A DNA stretch of 64,000 nucleotides from an uncultured Spirochaetota bacterium. Lineage in GTDB: Bacteria > Spirochaetota > Spirochaetia > SZUA-6 > Fen-1364. Location of the stretch: contig CAVTHO010000006.1 in the NCBI GenBank assembly GCA_963734545.1, forward strand, positions 430,527 to 494,526, read 5' to 3'. The translations under genes were made by a program, and so were the position numbers. Positions 48,546 through 58,562 of this stretch are shown here, in pieces (positions within the stretch are counted from its first letter, which is position 1; each line of letters begins with the position of its first letter). The notes under the pieces were generated by a model. That model saw nothing but the letters and a program-made list of their open reading frames with translations, was not told the origin of the DNA and searched no databases.

Positions 48546-48583
48546 TGGATTCTCCTTTTGCATGCGGGAAATTGCGAAGCCCC

Positions 48584-48612
48584 ACGATAAGGCCCGGCAA
48601 CGTAAAAGTCAA
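48584..48612 (-). promoter_or_regulatory. sigma70-type promoter of the isomerase-araB-araD cluster
   Basis: Minus-strand TTGACT-17-TATCGT. Confidence 0.6.
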
Positions 48613-48668
48613 GCTTGGCGCGGTTTTGCGCGCCGTATGCGCACGAATCCGCGGAGTACCGCGGCGCG

Positions 48669-50288
48669 CTATTTGATCATGCCCGGCAGGAGATAGGCCT
48701 GCACGAGCGCGATCAGACCGATCAACAGCGCCATGGCCAGGCTGTGCAGGACCGTGGAACGGAAGAGCGCGCCTTCCTGCCCCTCGAGGTGCCCGGAAGC
48801 GGTGGCCACGGCGATGCTCTGCGGAGAGATCATCTTTCCCGCCACGCCTCCCGATGCGTTTGCGGCGACCATCAGGGCGGGATCGAGGCCGAGGCGCTCC
48901 GCTGTCGTTCGCTGCAGCGATCCGAAGAGCGCGTTGGAAGACGTGTCAGAGCCTGTGACCAGGACGCCAAGCCATCCCAGAAGGGGAGAGAACAAGGGAA
49001 AGAGGACCCCGGTGGCGGCAAGCGCGCGGCCCAGCGTCGAGCTCATCCCGGAGGAGTTCATGATGAAGGCGGTGGCGAGTATGAGGCACACGGTAAGGAT
49101 CGTCCCCCCGAGGTCCCTTATGGTCCGTCCCAGGCATGTAATTACCTTGCGCGCGCCGAGGTTCGGGAGAAAGAACGCCGAGATCACGGCGGCCAGAAAG
49201 ATCGCCGTGCCGGGGGTCGAGAGCAGGGGAAGCGTGAAAGAAGATCCGGGAAGCCCCGGCCAGGGCATCTTGAGGTCCCCCCGCTGAAGCACGGGCTTCA
49301 ACGGCCCGAGACTCCACAGAAGGACCATGACCGACATGAGCAGGTACGGACCCCAGGCGCGAAGCGCGGCAGCCGCGGAGGTCTTCACGGGAGGTCTGCG
49401 CGTGGTCCCGTCGGAAAGCCCTCCTGCGGCAGGGGCACCCGGGAAATCCCAGGCCGTACGCGGCTTCCAGAACCGGAGGAAAAGCCAGAGCCCCGCCAGG
49501 GTAATGATGCCGGACAGGATGCCGGCGGTCCATGGCCCGCTGAAGTTGGCGATCAGGAACTGGGACACGGCCATCAGGATGCCGGCAACGATCAGCGCCG
49601 GCAGAACCTCCATGCTCCGCCGCCAGCCGCACAGCACGACGGTGAGCCAGAGCGGCACGAACATCGAAAGGAGCGGCACCTGGCGGCCGATGATCCGGCC
49701 GAGCGTGACCACGTCGAGCCCGCTTACCCCGGCTGCAACGGCCACGGGGATTCCCGCCGCGGCGAACGCGACGGGCGAGCTGTTGGCAATCAGGCAGAGA
49801 ACGGCGGCTGCGCGGGCCTCAAATCCGAGGCTCACCAGCATGGCCAGTGAAATGGCGACGGGAGTGCCGAATCCGGCCGCACCCTCCAGGAATGCCCCGA
49901 ACGCGAACGCGATGAAAAGGGCTTGCAGGCGTCTGTCCGCGGTGATGGAGGCGAGGGTCGCCCTGATGACGTCGAACTGACCCGACTCCACGCTGAGGGA
50001 ATGGACGAAGAGCGCGGATACCACGATCCACATGATGGGAAAAAGCGCCGTGGCGGCGCCCTGCAGACCGGAGGAGAGCGCGGAAACAGCGGGCATGCCC
50101 CATGCGGCAATGGCGACGATGAAGGCGGCAACGGCCGCGGCAAGGGCCGGTGCCCATCCGGGAACCCTGCCGGAAGCGAGCAGGCCGAACAGAACGGCCA
50201 GCGGAATGACTGCCGCCATCGCGGAAAGACCAATGCTCCCCAGGGGAGCGAGTGCCGGTGTCCACGGCATGGTCCGCAATTCAATCAC
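48669..50288 (-). CDS. lctP: L-lactate/glycolate permease
   Basis: [42 protein letters not shown]. Confidence 0.92.
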   Translation of the reverse strand: MIELRTMPWTPALAPLGSIGLSAMAAVIPLAVLFGLLASGRVPGWAPALAAAVAAFIVAIAAWGMPAVSALSSGLQGAATALFPIMWIVVSALFVHSLSVESGQFDVIRATLASITADRRLQALFIAFAFGAFLEGAAGFGTPVAISLAMLVSLGFEARAAAVLCLIANSSPVAFAAAGIPVAVAAGVSGLDVVTLGRIIGRQVPLLSMFVPLWLTVVLCGWRRSMEVLPALIVAGILMAVSQFLIANFSGPWTAGILSGIITLAGLWLFLRFWKPRTAWDFPGAPAAGGLSDGTTRRPPVKTSAAAALRAWGPYLLMSVMVLLWSLGPLKPVLQRGDLKMPWPGLPGSSFTLPLLSTPGTAIFLAAVISAFFLPNLGARKVITCLGRTIRDLGGTILTVCLILATAFIMNSSGMSSTLGRALAATGVLFPLFSPLLGWLGVLVTGSDTSSNALFGSLQRTTAERLGLDPALMVAANASGGVAGKMISPQSIAVATASGHLEGQEGALFRSTVLHSLAMALLIGLIALVQAYLLPGMIK

Positions 50289-50360
50289 GCCGGGCTCGCG
50301 ATTGTCCAGTGCGCGAGCGGCTTCGCGCGCCGATCACCTGCTCAGCGCAGGTTGCCTTCC

Positions 50361-52515
50361 TCAGGGCAGAACGGGGATTCCCGGGGGCTCGACAGCGCCT
50401 GTGTCCACGGCGGCGGGCGGCGGCCTGCTGTTCTTCCGCGATCTTGAAGCTGCCCACGACCTTGTGCAGCTCCTGCGCCATTGTCGTAAGCTCGACCGTC
50501 GCAGCGGACATCTCTTCAGCCGAAGCCGCGGCGGACTGCGCCAGCTCGTTCACATCCTCCATCGCCTTGGAGACCTGCCGCGCCGTGGAGGTCTGCTCCT
50601 CGGTGGCCGCCGAAATGTTCTGGCTCATCTCGCTCACGCTGGAAAGTGATGTGGCCAGCTCCTTGACAGCCGCCACCTGCTGCTCGATGGCCTTCGCGAG
50701 CCCGCCGATCATCTCGTTCACCCTCTGGGACGCCGCCCGAATCTGCTCCATCGCGAATTGCGACCCCTTGGCGATCTTCACCCCCTCGGTCACGTTTTTC
50801 ACGCTCTCCTTGATCAACGCCCCGATCTCCTTGGTGGAAGAGGCGCTGCGGTCGGCGAGCTTGCTCACTTCATCCGCCACGACGGCGAAGCCGCGGCCGT
50901 GCTCGCCTGCGCGCGCCGCCTCGATGGCGGCGTTCAGCGCCAGGAGGTTCGTCTGGTCTGCGATATCGGAGATGACGTCAACTATTCCGCCGATCTTTTC
51001 GGAGCTCTCGGCAATCCGCGTGATGCCGGTGACGACCGAGTCCACCGCCTTCGCTCCTTCCAGCGCGTTTTCCACCGATCTCCGCGTCAGATCGGAGATC
51101 TCGGTGAGACTTCCCGACACCGCCTCGATGGAGCTCTGCACCTGTGCCATGGAGCCGGCGCCGCGCTCGACCGCGCCGGACTGGGACAGCGCATGCTGGG
51201 AGATCTGGTCCACCGACGCGGTGAGCTGCTCCATCGAGGCGCTGGTCTCTTCCAGGGTGGACGCCTGGCTCTGCGCCCCGTCGGACAGCTTCTGGGCGCT
51301 GGCGGAAATCTGCTCGCTCGAAGCGGCAACCTGGGCGGCACTGAGCTGGACGGAAGTCACCGCCTCTCTCAGCCTCTGCGCCATGCCGTTGAGTGCCTCG
51401 GCAAGCAGCCCCACCTCGTCGCGCTGGTGGATGGGGAGCTGCTGGGTGAAGTCACCCGCGGCAACGCGCTGGGCAAAGGCAACGGCCTTTGCCAGCGGCC
51501 GGGTGATTGCGCGGGAGATGGCAATCGCGATACCGATGCCGATGAATGCGGCGGCGGCGAGACCCCCGAGAAGGCTGAAAACCGCTGTCACAATGCGCGT
51601 CACGGCGAGCGCGGTGATTGCGCGCGCGTCCTTGAAGCCTTCCACGGAGGTCTGGCTGGCCGTGGCCAGGAGCACATCGGTGGCGCCGGCGCTCATGCTG
51701 TTCAATTCTCCCACCTTTGTCATGCTCGTGAGGACCGAGTTGCAGGCAGCCAGGAGAGCCTCCGCATCACGCTGTATCTTCTCCAGCTCGACCCTGTCGG
51801 CGGACAGGGTGACCGCCGTGAGCGATTTCACCCTGGCCTCGAAGGCGGAGAATTCGTCGATCGCCTTTCTCAGTATCGACGCATCGCCCACAGCCTGCGC
51901 CTTGTAGGCCGCCGCATTCAGGTTGCTGCCCAGGAGGATGATCCCGCTGATTCCGTTGACCCGCGCCATCCAGCGCTCGATGCCCGCGGATCCTGACCCG
52001 CCCCTCACCGCGGCGGCCATCTGCTGATTCTGCATGTCGAGGAACCTGAGCGCCTTATCCAGGAAGGAGGATGACGCGAAGTCCAGAGCCGTGCGCACGG
52101 ACACGATGTCGTTGGTGGCGGTCACCACGTCTGCGGCCAGTTTCCTGAATTCCTCCAGCCGGGTCGTCGCTTCAGCCGTGTTCTTCCGCAGCACAATCAG
52201 CCGCGGGTACTTTGCCGCAAGATCCTGCGCCTCGTTGAGATGCGACCTGGTCTGATCCAGGAAGCCATTCGCCTGCAGGAGATAGGGATTCTGCGTGGTG
52301 AAAGCGTACCCGCGCATGTTGTACATTGCGAACTGGGCACTGCGCTCGATGCTGTTGGCAAGTTCCACCTGGGGGACCGTTTCCTGGTCCAGCCGTCTCG
52401 CGTCGCCCTGCACCCCCAGCATGTTCATGATCGCAACCGCCCCGATTGCTATCGCGATGGCGATAACGAGGCCGAACCCCACCCCGATTTTCGCCGCCAT
52501 CTTCAGGTTTCTCAT
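50361..52515 (-). CDS. Methyl-accepting chemotaxis protein (helical sensor, HAMP, MA); called ORF reads to 50281 through a likely frameshift near 50416
   Basis: Two TM segments, [49 protein letters not shown]. Confidence 0.92.
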
Positions 52516-52717
52516 CGACACGAACCTCCTCTTCCACCCTGCGCGCCCTCGCGGGCAGAGCGTGAGAACTTTCCTCGTATGTGATAGTTATCGGTGAAAG
52601 CTATCTATAGAAATACTCAACTAGTATTCATACACCTCTGCGCCTATCTTTTCCACCAAAAGTCTCTAAAAAGTCTATGATTCCCGCGCCGTGGATGGTA
52701 CACTTTCATACAGCCAT

Positions 52718-53362
52718 ATGGGTCTCCACGAGCTTCCCGAAGCGGATAAACACCTCATTTATGGGCTTCTGCTGAAGAAGAAACGGAGCAGGGCCCAGGA
52801 GCGCCGGGTGCTCTCCATCGTGCGCAGCTCGATGGAGCTGGTGGCGAAGATCGAGGCGATCCTGAAAGTCACCCGGGCCCATGTCCTTGAGCTGCCCGAG
52901 AGTCACCTGGAAGACAACCAGGCGCCCGGCCGGGTTCTCGACAAGGCGCTGCCCATGAAAAAGCGCAAAGGAGTGCTCATTGTCGATGTCCGCCCGGAGC
53001 TCACCGGCCTGCTGAAGAAGTGTTCCCTCAAGCGGGAGCTCTCCTTCTCCCGTATCGGCGAGCGCTTCGACGCGATTCACGTCATCCGGAGCCTGCGCTC
53101 ACGGCTGATCATCGTCAATGAGAGCTTTCCCGCGGAGGAGGAGTATGCGCGGTATTTCGAAATCTGCAGGGCGATCGAGCCGGGGATCAGAATCATCTTC
53201 CTGGGACGCCCGACTCAATCCCTGGAAGGCAGTCCCGCCTTCCGCGCAGCCACCCGCTCCCTGCCGAAGCCCCTGAACATCGAAAAGCTCGAAGAAAGCG
53301 TGCGAGAGCTCCTGGGCATCAAGCGGGATGCTCAGACGTACAAAGCGGAGAGCTCCCGGTAG
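52718..53362 (+). CDS. Hypothetical protein with C-terminal degenerate receiver domain
   Basis: VLIVDV..., LIIVNE (Asn at the phospho-Asp position), IRIIFLG, LPKPLNIEKLEESVRELL. Confidence 0.65.
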   Translation: MGLHELPEADKHLIYGLLLKKKRSRAQERRVLSIVRSSMELVAKIEAILKVTRAHVLELPESHLEDNQAPGRVLDKALPMKKRKGVLIVDVRPELTGLLKKCSLKRELSFSRIGERFDAIHVIRSLRSRLIIVNESFPAEEEYARYFEICRAIEPGIRIIFLGRPTQSLEGSPAFRAATRSLPKPLNIEKLEESVRELLGIKRDAQTYKAESSR

Positions 53363-55065
53363 CTGTCCGCGTCGAGAAGGTTTTCCATGAGTTTCATGCG
53401 CGCGCGCAGCTCTGCCGCGAGTCTTTTTTCCCTGCCGAGAAACAGGGAAAGGAAATCATCCTGCAGAAGCAGGCCCGCGGTGAAGCACATGGTCACGGCG
53501 ATGGAGAGGGCTTCCAGGACGGTCTTGCCCTTCAGAAGGGAGCGGGTCTGGAGGCGCCCGCTCTCATGGGGCAGCGTGAACGATTTACCCTGGAGGATGA
53601 TCGGCTCCAGGGGCTCCGATTTTCCCGCGGCGCTCCCCGACGCGCGAAGAACCAGTACCTTCATGAGGGTCTTGCCGAGGTCGACGAGGCCCCCCACGCC
53701 CTGGCTGATGAGCTCATGTACTTCCATCTCATTGCCGATGGCCCCGAGCCGGGCTCCCTTGATCATGAGGTAGCGGGAAAGCGGGAAGCTGCTGAAATGG
53801 AACGGGCCCTGCTCCAGCCTCTCTACCATCATGCGGAGCTTCGTGAAGTCCAGCTCGAAGAAAGTGCGTGAGAAGATCGCGACCTTGCCCGTCTCTTCAA
53901 GAACGCATTGACCATTGAGCAGGGGGGCGAAAACCCTGTCGAAGCTGCGCACCAGCCGGGGGACAAGGAGTACGAGGTTGTCGTGGTCCCCCGCGAAGTC
54001 GAATGATTCGCGCGGATCGATGGACTGGTACAAGCCCGCGAGGATCTCGGTGTCCGGCCGTCCCTGCTCGTCGAGGACGATATAGCTGTTGACCCGGCGG
54101 GCCTCCACGAGCTGCTCGTGGAGCTTCCCGATTGATTCGAACCCGCCGTCGATGTATCCGTCCATGCGCGCGCGGACCGCGGGGTCGCAATCGAACGCGA
54201 GGGAGTCGACCATCTCACCCAGGCCTTCGCGCATGAGGTCCGCGAGCGTGAGCAGCCGCCGGTGCTTGAAGATGTTCAACCCGAGGAGACAGTTGTACAG
54301 GGAGGGGAGGGTGCAGTCCTCCGCCAGGATCCGAAGGACCAGGCGGTTGGTCTTCTCGTTTTCCTCCTCCGGCTCATGCTGCTTTTCGTAGAAGGCGCGA
54401 AGCGCTCCGAAGATTATCCCCTGGGTTTCCGGCTCGTAGTGGAGCATCATGAAGAGGCTTTCCACGCGCCGGAGCCGATCGATCACGCTCATGTCGCGCA
54501 GGTTCAACCGGGCGAACTCGACGGTGCGGAGCCGGTCCGCGAGGCGTTTCAGAAGGACGAGCAGGTTGTACTGCTTGGGGGTCAGGTGCAGCCAGCCGTG
54601 TTCCACCACGGGGTCGAGCCGCAGGGAGAGCTCCGCCGCCGTGGTGAGGATTTCCCTTGCCAGGAACGCGGGGAGCTGCGGGTCTATCCGGATCCCCGGC
54701 GGCAGGAGGCGCGTTTCCAGCACGTAGCTGCGCCGGCCGAACTGCCGGACGCGGCGGTATTCCGTGAACAGGAATGAAAAGTAGGAGCAGCTCTGGATCG
54801 TCTTCTTGATCATCCGGCTGATGCGGCTGACCTGGCTGCGCGCCACCTGGGCCGACGCCTGCCGCACGACATGCAGGATGGCGAGCGCATCTTCCTTTTC
54901 GTCGATCTCCTTGATCTTTTCGATTTTCTGGGGGATCGTGAGAGGGTTGGCAAGAACTTTCTGAACGGCGCTCTTCTTCGGCTCTTCGCGCTCCTTGCGC
55001 AGGAGCAGCCCGAGCGCGATGTGGTCGTCCGCCTCTCTCTCTATCTCGGCACGGGTCAACTCCAC
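53332..55065 (-). CDS. Hypothetical all-alpha protein (577 aa)
   Basis: Long ORF with normal codon bias, AGGGG RBS before GTG; no family recognised. Confidence 0.75.
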   Translation of the reverse strand: MELTRAEIEREADDHIALGLLLRKEREEPKKSAVQKVLANPLTIPQKIEKIKEIDEKEDALAILHVVRQASAQVARSQVSRISRMIKKTIQSCSYFSFLFTEYRRVRQFGRRSYVLETRLLPPGIRIDPQLPAFLAREILTTAAELSLRLDPVVEHGWLHLTPKQYNLLVLLKRLADRLRTVEFARLNLRDMSVIDRLRRVESLFMMLHYEPETQGIIFGALRAFYEKQHEPEEENEKTNRLVLRILAEDCTLPSLYNCLLGLNIFKHRRLLTLADLMREGLGEMVDSLAFDCDPAVRARMDGYIDGGFESIGKLHEQLVEARRVNSYIVLDEQGRPDTEILAGLYQSIDPRESFDFAGDHDNLVLLVPRLVRSFDRVFAPLLNGQCVLEETGKVAIFSRTFFELDFTKLRMMVERLEQGPFHFSSFPLSRYLMIKGARLGAIGNEMEVHELISQGVGGLVDLGKTLMKVLVLRASGSAAGKSEPLEPIILQGKSFTLPHESGRLQTRSLLKGKTVLEALSIAVTMCFTAGLLLQDDFLSLFLGREKRLAAELRARMKLMENLLDADSYRELSALYV

Positions 55066-55340
55066 CGCTTGTTCCCCCTGTGACGCAAATTATCCGAACA
55101 AATCACCTCGCCGTCAACAGCGGGATGTGCGGAGTACCGCTCTAATCACCGGGAGCGGATTAGCCGTGGGCGTGATTCTGATGGACGAAAGCGAGCCCCG
55201 TAGCCATGGATGCGTAGCACGCCGAAGGCGTGCGGAGGGCGGCAGCTGGCCGCGCAGCGGACAGCGAGAGCCGCGAGGGACGCTGCGTACGGCGCCCATT
55301 CAGTTGCGGGTGCGGGTACGCAGTGATACTCTTGTGCGCA

Positions 55341-58300
55341 GTGAGCGCCCAATCGATCCCGCTTATCGTCATGGCGAGCCTCACCTTCTACGTGGGGGCC
55401 TACAGCATCCAGCTCTACGTCAAGCAGCCCCGGCGCGCCTCCCACGCGAGCTTTGCCGCGGCATGCATCTGCATGGGCTTGTACGACGTCTTCTGTGCCG
55501 GGCTCTACGGCGCGGGCTCTCCTGCGGACGGGGCGGCCTGGCAGCGGCTGCAGATGGCGTCCCTCGCCCTGGTCGGCATCGCCTTTTCCTGGTTCGTCCT
55601 GCATTTCCTTTCTTCGGGGCCCTTTGTGAGCCGGCGCACGAAGTCCGTGGTCAGGGGGGTCTCTCTCTGCTTCCTCCTCATGGCAGTCGCGGGCACCGTC
55701 TTTCCCAGCGGCTTGTACGTTTTGCCGGACGCTCCTTTTGTCAAGGTCATGGAGCTGCCCTTCGGGCTCAGGGTCGTCTACAACGAAGTCGCACTCGGGC
55801 CCCTGGCATCCGCGCAGAGCGTGCTGGAGGTGGCCGCCTTTCTTTTCCTGTTTTCCCTTGCATACCGCACGTACAGAAGCAGCCGCGCCGGCGAGGCGAA
55901 AGCGCTTCTCATCGCCATGGCCATCTTCTTCGCCAGCATCATCAATGACACGGCGGTGTCGATCGGGCTCTATCACCTGCCCTACACCATGGAATACGCC
56001 TACATGAGCATGGTCCTTCTTGTCACCGGTTCGGTCACTTCGACGGTCGTCGAAGCCGGCAACATGAGGGAGGCTCTCGTGGCGAGCCAGGAAACGCTCC
56101 GCCGGCACGCCAAGCAGTTGGAGTCTCTCCGCCAGCTCGAGATGGAAATCACCGCGGAGCTCGACCTCACGTCATTGTTGAATTCGGTTGTTTCCCGCGC
56201 CATGGAGCTGCTCAAGGCGACGACGGGAGGGATCTACATCTATATACCCGAGCGCGACGTGATCGAGTGGCGGTATTCGGTGGGTCCGGTCAATCCCCCG
56301 CCGGGGAGCTTTCTCCGCCGAGGCGAGGGGCTCTCGGGCAGGGTGTGGGAACAGAACACGACGCTCATAGTCAATCACTACAAAGAATGGCGGGGCATGC
56401 ATCCCGAGTACGCGTATCTTCCAGATTTTTCCACGGTCGGCTCGCCCATGCACTGGGGGAACGAGTTCTTCGGCGTGCTCTGCATGCTGCGGGACCCGTC
56501 CGCGGGCTTCGAGCCGGCGGAGGGGGAGCTGCTGGAGCTCTTCGCCTCGCAGGCGGCGGTTGCTCTGCGCAACGCGCGATTGTTCGAGGCCACGCGCCGG
56601 CAGACGGACCGATTGTCCGTGGTCAACCGGATTGCCAAGACCGTCGGCGCGACCCTGCGCATGGACGAGCTGCGGGAGACCGTTTACCGGGAGCTGGCCA
56701 CGCTCTTCGCGCACGACTTGTTTTCCATTGTGCTCACGGACGACCCGCCCGCCGAGCGCGAGCAGCTTGTCGGCGTCGAGGAGGGACGCCGGTTGTCCTC
56801 CACACGCTTTGCGGCCGGGCCGGAGCTGATCGGGCGCGTGCTCGAGGAGAGAAAAACCATCATCGTGCGAGACACGGACGGCGGGGGCCGGCCGCACGCG
56901 TGGCTCGGCGCGCCCATCCTCATCGGGAATCGCGTGACCGGCGTGATTTCCCTCCTCTCCCACCGGCGGGAGGCATACCGCGAGGACGACGCCGAGCTCC
57001 TGTCCACGATCTCCGAGCAGGTTGCCGCGGCCATCGAGCGGGCCCGGCTCTACCAGAGCCTCCATGAGTCGGAGCAGAGGTACCGCACGCTGTTCGAGCA
57101 GGCGAACGATGCCGTCATCCTGCAGGACCTGGACGGCGGGATCCTCGACGTGAACGAGCGTGCCTGCCAGCTCCTCGGCCATGCGCGGGAGAGCCTCATC
57201 GGCATGCCGGTGAGCGGCATCGTGTCGGCCCGTTCACCCCTTCTCCTGGCCAACCACATGCAGGCGGCGGAAGGAACCGTGCGCGTGGAGGGCGAATACA
57301 TCCGCAGGGACGGCTCCCTGGTGCCCGTCGAGGTGAGCATGGCGTCCCTTCGGGTGGCCGGCATGCCGCTCGTGTTCGTCCTGGCGCACGACATTACCGA
57401 GCACATCCGGCTGGAGGAAAGGCTGCGCCAGGCGCAGAAAATGGAGGCGATCGGGACGCTGGCAGGCGGCATCGCTCATGATTTCAACAACATCCTGACC
57501 GGCATCCTCGGGTATTCCACGCTCCTGCGCGAGGAGCTCCCCGCGGCCAGCCCTCTGGCGGAAGACGTGCAGGCAATCGAAACCTCGGCCCGCCGCGCCG
57601 CCGAGCTCACGCAGCAGCTCCTCACCCTTTCGCGCAAGAACCCCCGCGTGCCCCTCGCGCCCATCGACCCGAACAGCGTCGTGACCGAGGTCGTTCGGCT
57701 GCTCGAGCGCACGATCGACAAGTCCGTCAGCATCCGCACGTCCCTTGCGGAGAACGTGAACTCCGTGAACGGCAATGCGGGACAGCTCCACCAGGCCCTC
57801 CTGAATCTCTGTCTCAACGCCCGCGACGCCATGCCGCGCGGGGGCGAAATCGTCATCGAGACGCGGAACGCGGATCCGGCCGACCGCGCCTGCGTGGACG
57901 ACGAGACGCGCGTGTTCATCACCGTGCGGGACTCGGGCGTGGGAATGGATGTGTCCGTGCAGGAGCGGATATTCGAGCCGTTTTTCACCACAAAGGAGCA
58001 GGGGCGCGGTCTGGGGCTGGCCATGGTGTACGGTATCGTGCGCGGGCACGGGGGGGACATCCACGTGCAAAGCGCGCCGGGGAAAGGGGCGAGCTTTGTG
58101 CTCAGTTTCCCTGCCTGCATCGGATCGACAGAGGAGCAGACTGTTCCCACCGATCGTGCTCCCGGAGGACACGAGACGATCCTGATCGTGGACGACGAGG
58201 ACGGCGTGCGTGACGTCCTGACACGGATACTGGAGCGGGCCGGCTACTCCGTGATCCAGGCGGAGGACGGGCTGCGCGGCGTCGAGATGTTCCGCGAGCG

Positions 58301-58562
58301 CGCCGGGAGGATCGACCTCGTCGTGCTCGACATGGCCATGCCGCGCATGAGCGGAGCAGAGGCATACGACCGATTCATGGAGATCGATCCGGCGATACGC
58401 ATTCTCATATCCAGCGGCTACAGCGAAGAGGGCCGCGCTGCGGAAATCCTCGCCCGCGGCGCGAGGGGGTTCCTCAAGAAGCCATACGGCAGCGAGACCG
58501 TGCTCGCCATGGTGCGCGCCGCCCTGGACCAGGCGGGCCCGGCCCGCCCCGCGCCTACCTGA
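55341..58562 (+). CDS. Hybrid sensor histidine kinase (7TM-GAF-GAF-PAS-HisKA-HATPase-REC)
   Basis: QAQKMEAIGTLAGGIAHDFNNIL, NLCLNARDAM, DSGVGM, FEPFFTTK, GLGL, ILIVDDE..VLDMAMP; start estimated at GTG 55341. Confidence 0.92.
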   Translation: MSAQSIPLIVMASLTFYVGAYSIQLYVKQPRRASHASFAAACICMGLYDVFCAGLYGAGSPADGAAWQRLQMASLALVGIAFSWFVLHFLSSGPFVSRRTKSVVRGVSLCFLLMAVAGTVFPSGLYVLPDAPFVKVMELPFGLRVVYNEVALGPLASAQSVLEVAAFLFLFSLAYRTYRSSRAGEAKALLIAMAIFFASIINDTAVSIGLYHLPYTMEYAYMSMVLLVTGSVTSTVVEAGNMREALVASQETLRRHAKQLESLRQLEMEITAELDLTSLLNSVVSRAMELLKATTGGIYIYIPERDVIEWRYSVGPVNPPPGSFLRRGEGLSGRVWEQNTTLIVNHYKEWRGMHPEYAYLPDFSTVGSPMHWGNEFFGVLCMLRDPSAGFEPAEGELLELFASQAAVALRNARLFEATRRQTDRLSVVNRIAKTVGATLRMDELRETVYRELATLFAHDLFSIVLTDDPPAEREQLVGVEEGRRLSSTRFAAGPELIGRVLEERKTIIVRDTDGGGRPHAWLGAPILIGNRVTGVISLLSHRREAYREDDAELLSTISEQVAAAIERARLYQSLHESEQRYRTLFEQANDAVILQDLDGGILDVNERACQLLGHARESLIGMPVSGIVSARSPLLLANHMQAAEGTVRVEGEYIRRDGSLVPVEVSMASLRVAGMPLVFVLAHDITEHIRLEERLRQAQKMEAIGTLAGGIAHDFNNILTGILGYSTLLREELPAASPLAEDVQAIETSARRAAELTQQLLTLSRKNPRVPLAPIDPNSVVTEVVRLLERTIDKSVSIRTSLAENVNSVNGNAGQLHQALLNLCLNARDAMPRGGEIVIETRNADPADRACVDDETRVFITVRDSGVGMDVSVQERIFEPFFTTKEQGRGLGLAMVYGIVRGHGGDIHVQSAPGKGASFVLSFPACIGSTEEQTVPTDRAPGGHETILIVDDEDGVRDVLTRILERAGYSVIQAEDGLRGVEMFRERAGRIDLVVLDMAMPRMSGAEAYDRFMEIDPAIRILISSGYSEEGRAAEILARGARGFLKKPYGSETVLAMVRAALDQAGPARPAPT

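Noticed and set aside
52575-52635. Riboswitch or sigma28 promoter upstream of the MCP
   Set aside because: AT-rich inverted repeats and a CCGATAA -10-like box are present, but there is no TAAA -35 at the right spacing and no c-di-GMP aptamer motif; too weak to call.
55178-55190. Hammerhead ribozyme core (CTGATGGACGAAA)
   Set aside because: It reads CUGAUGG rather than CUGANGA, and has no stem II or matching cleavage-site helices.
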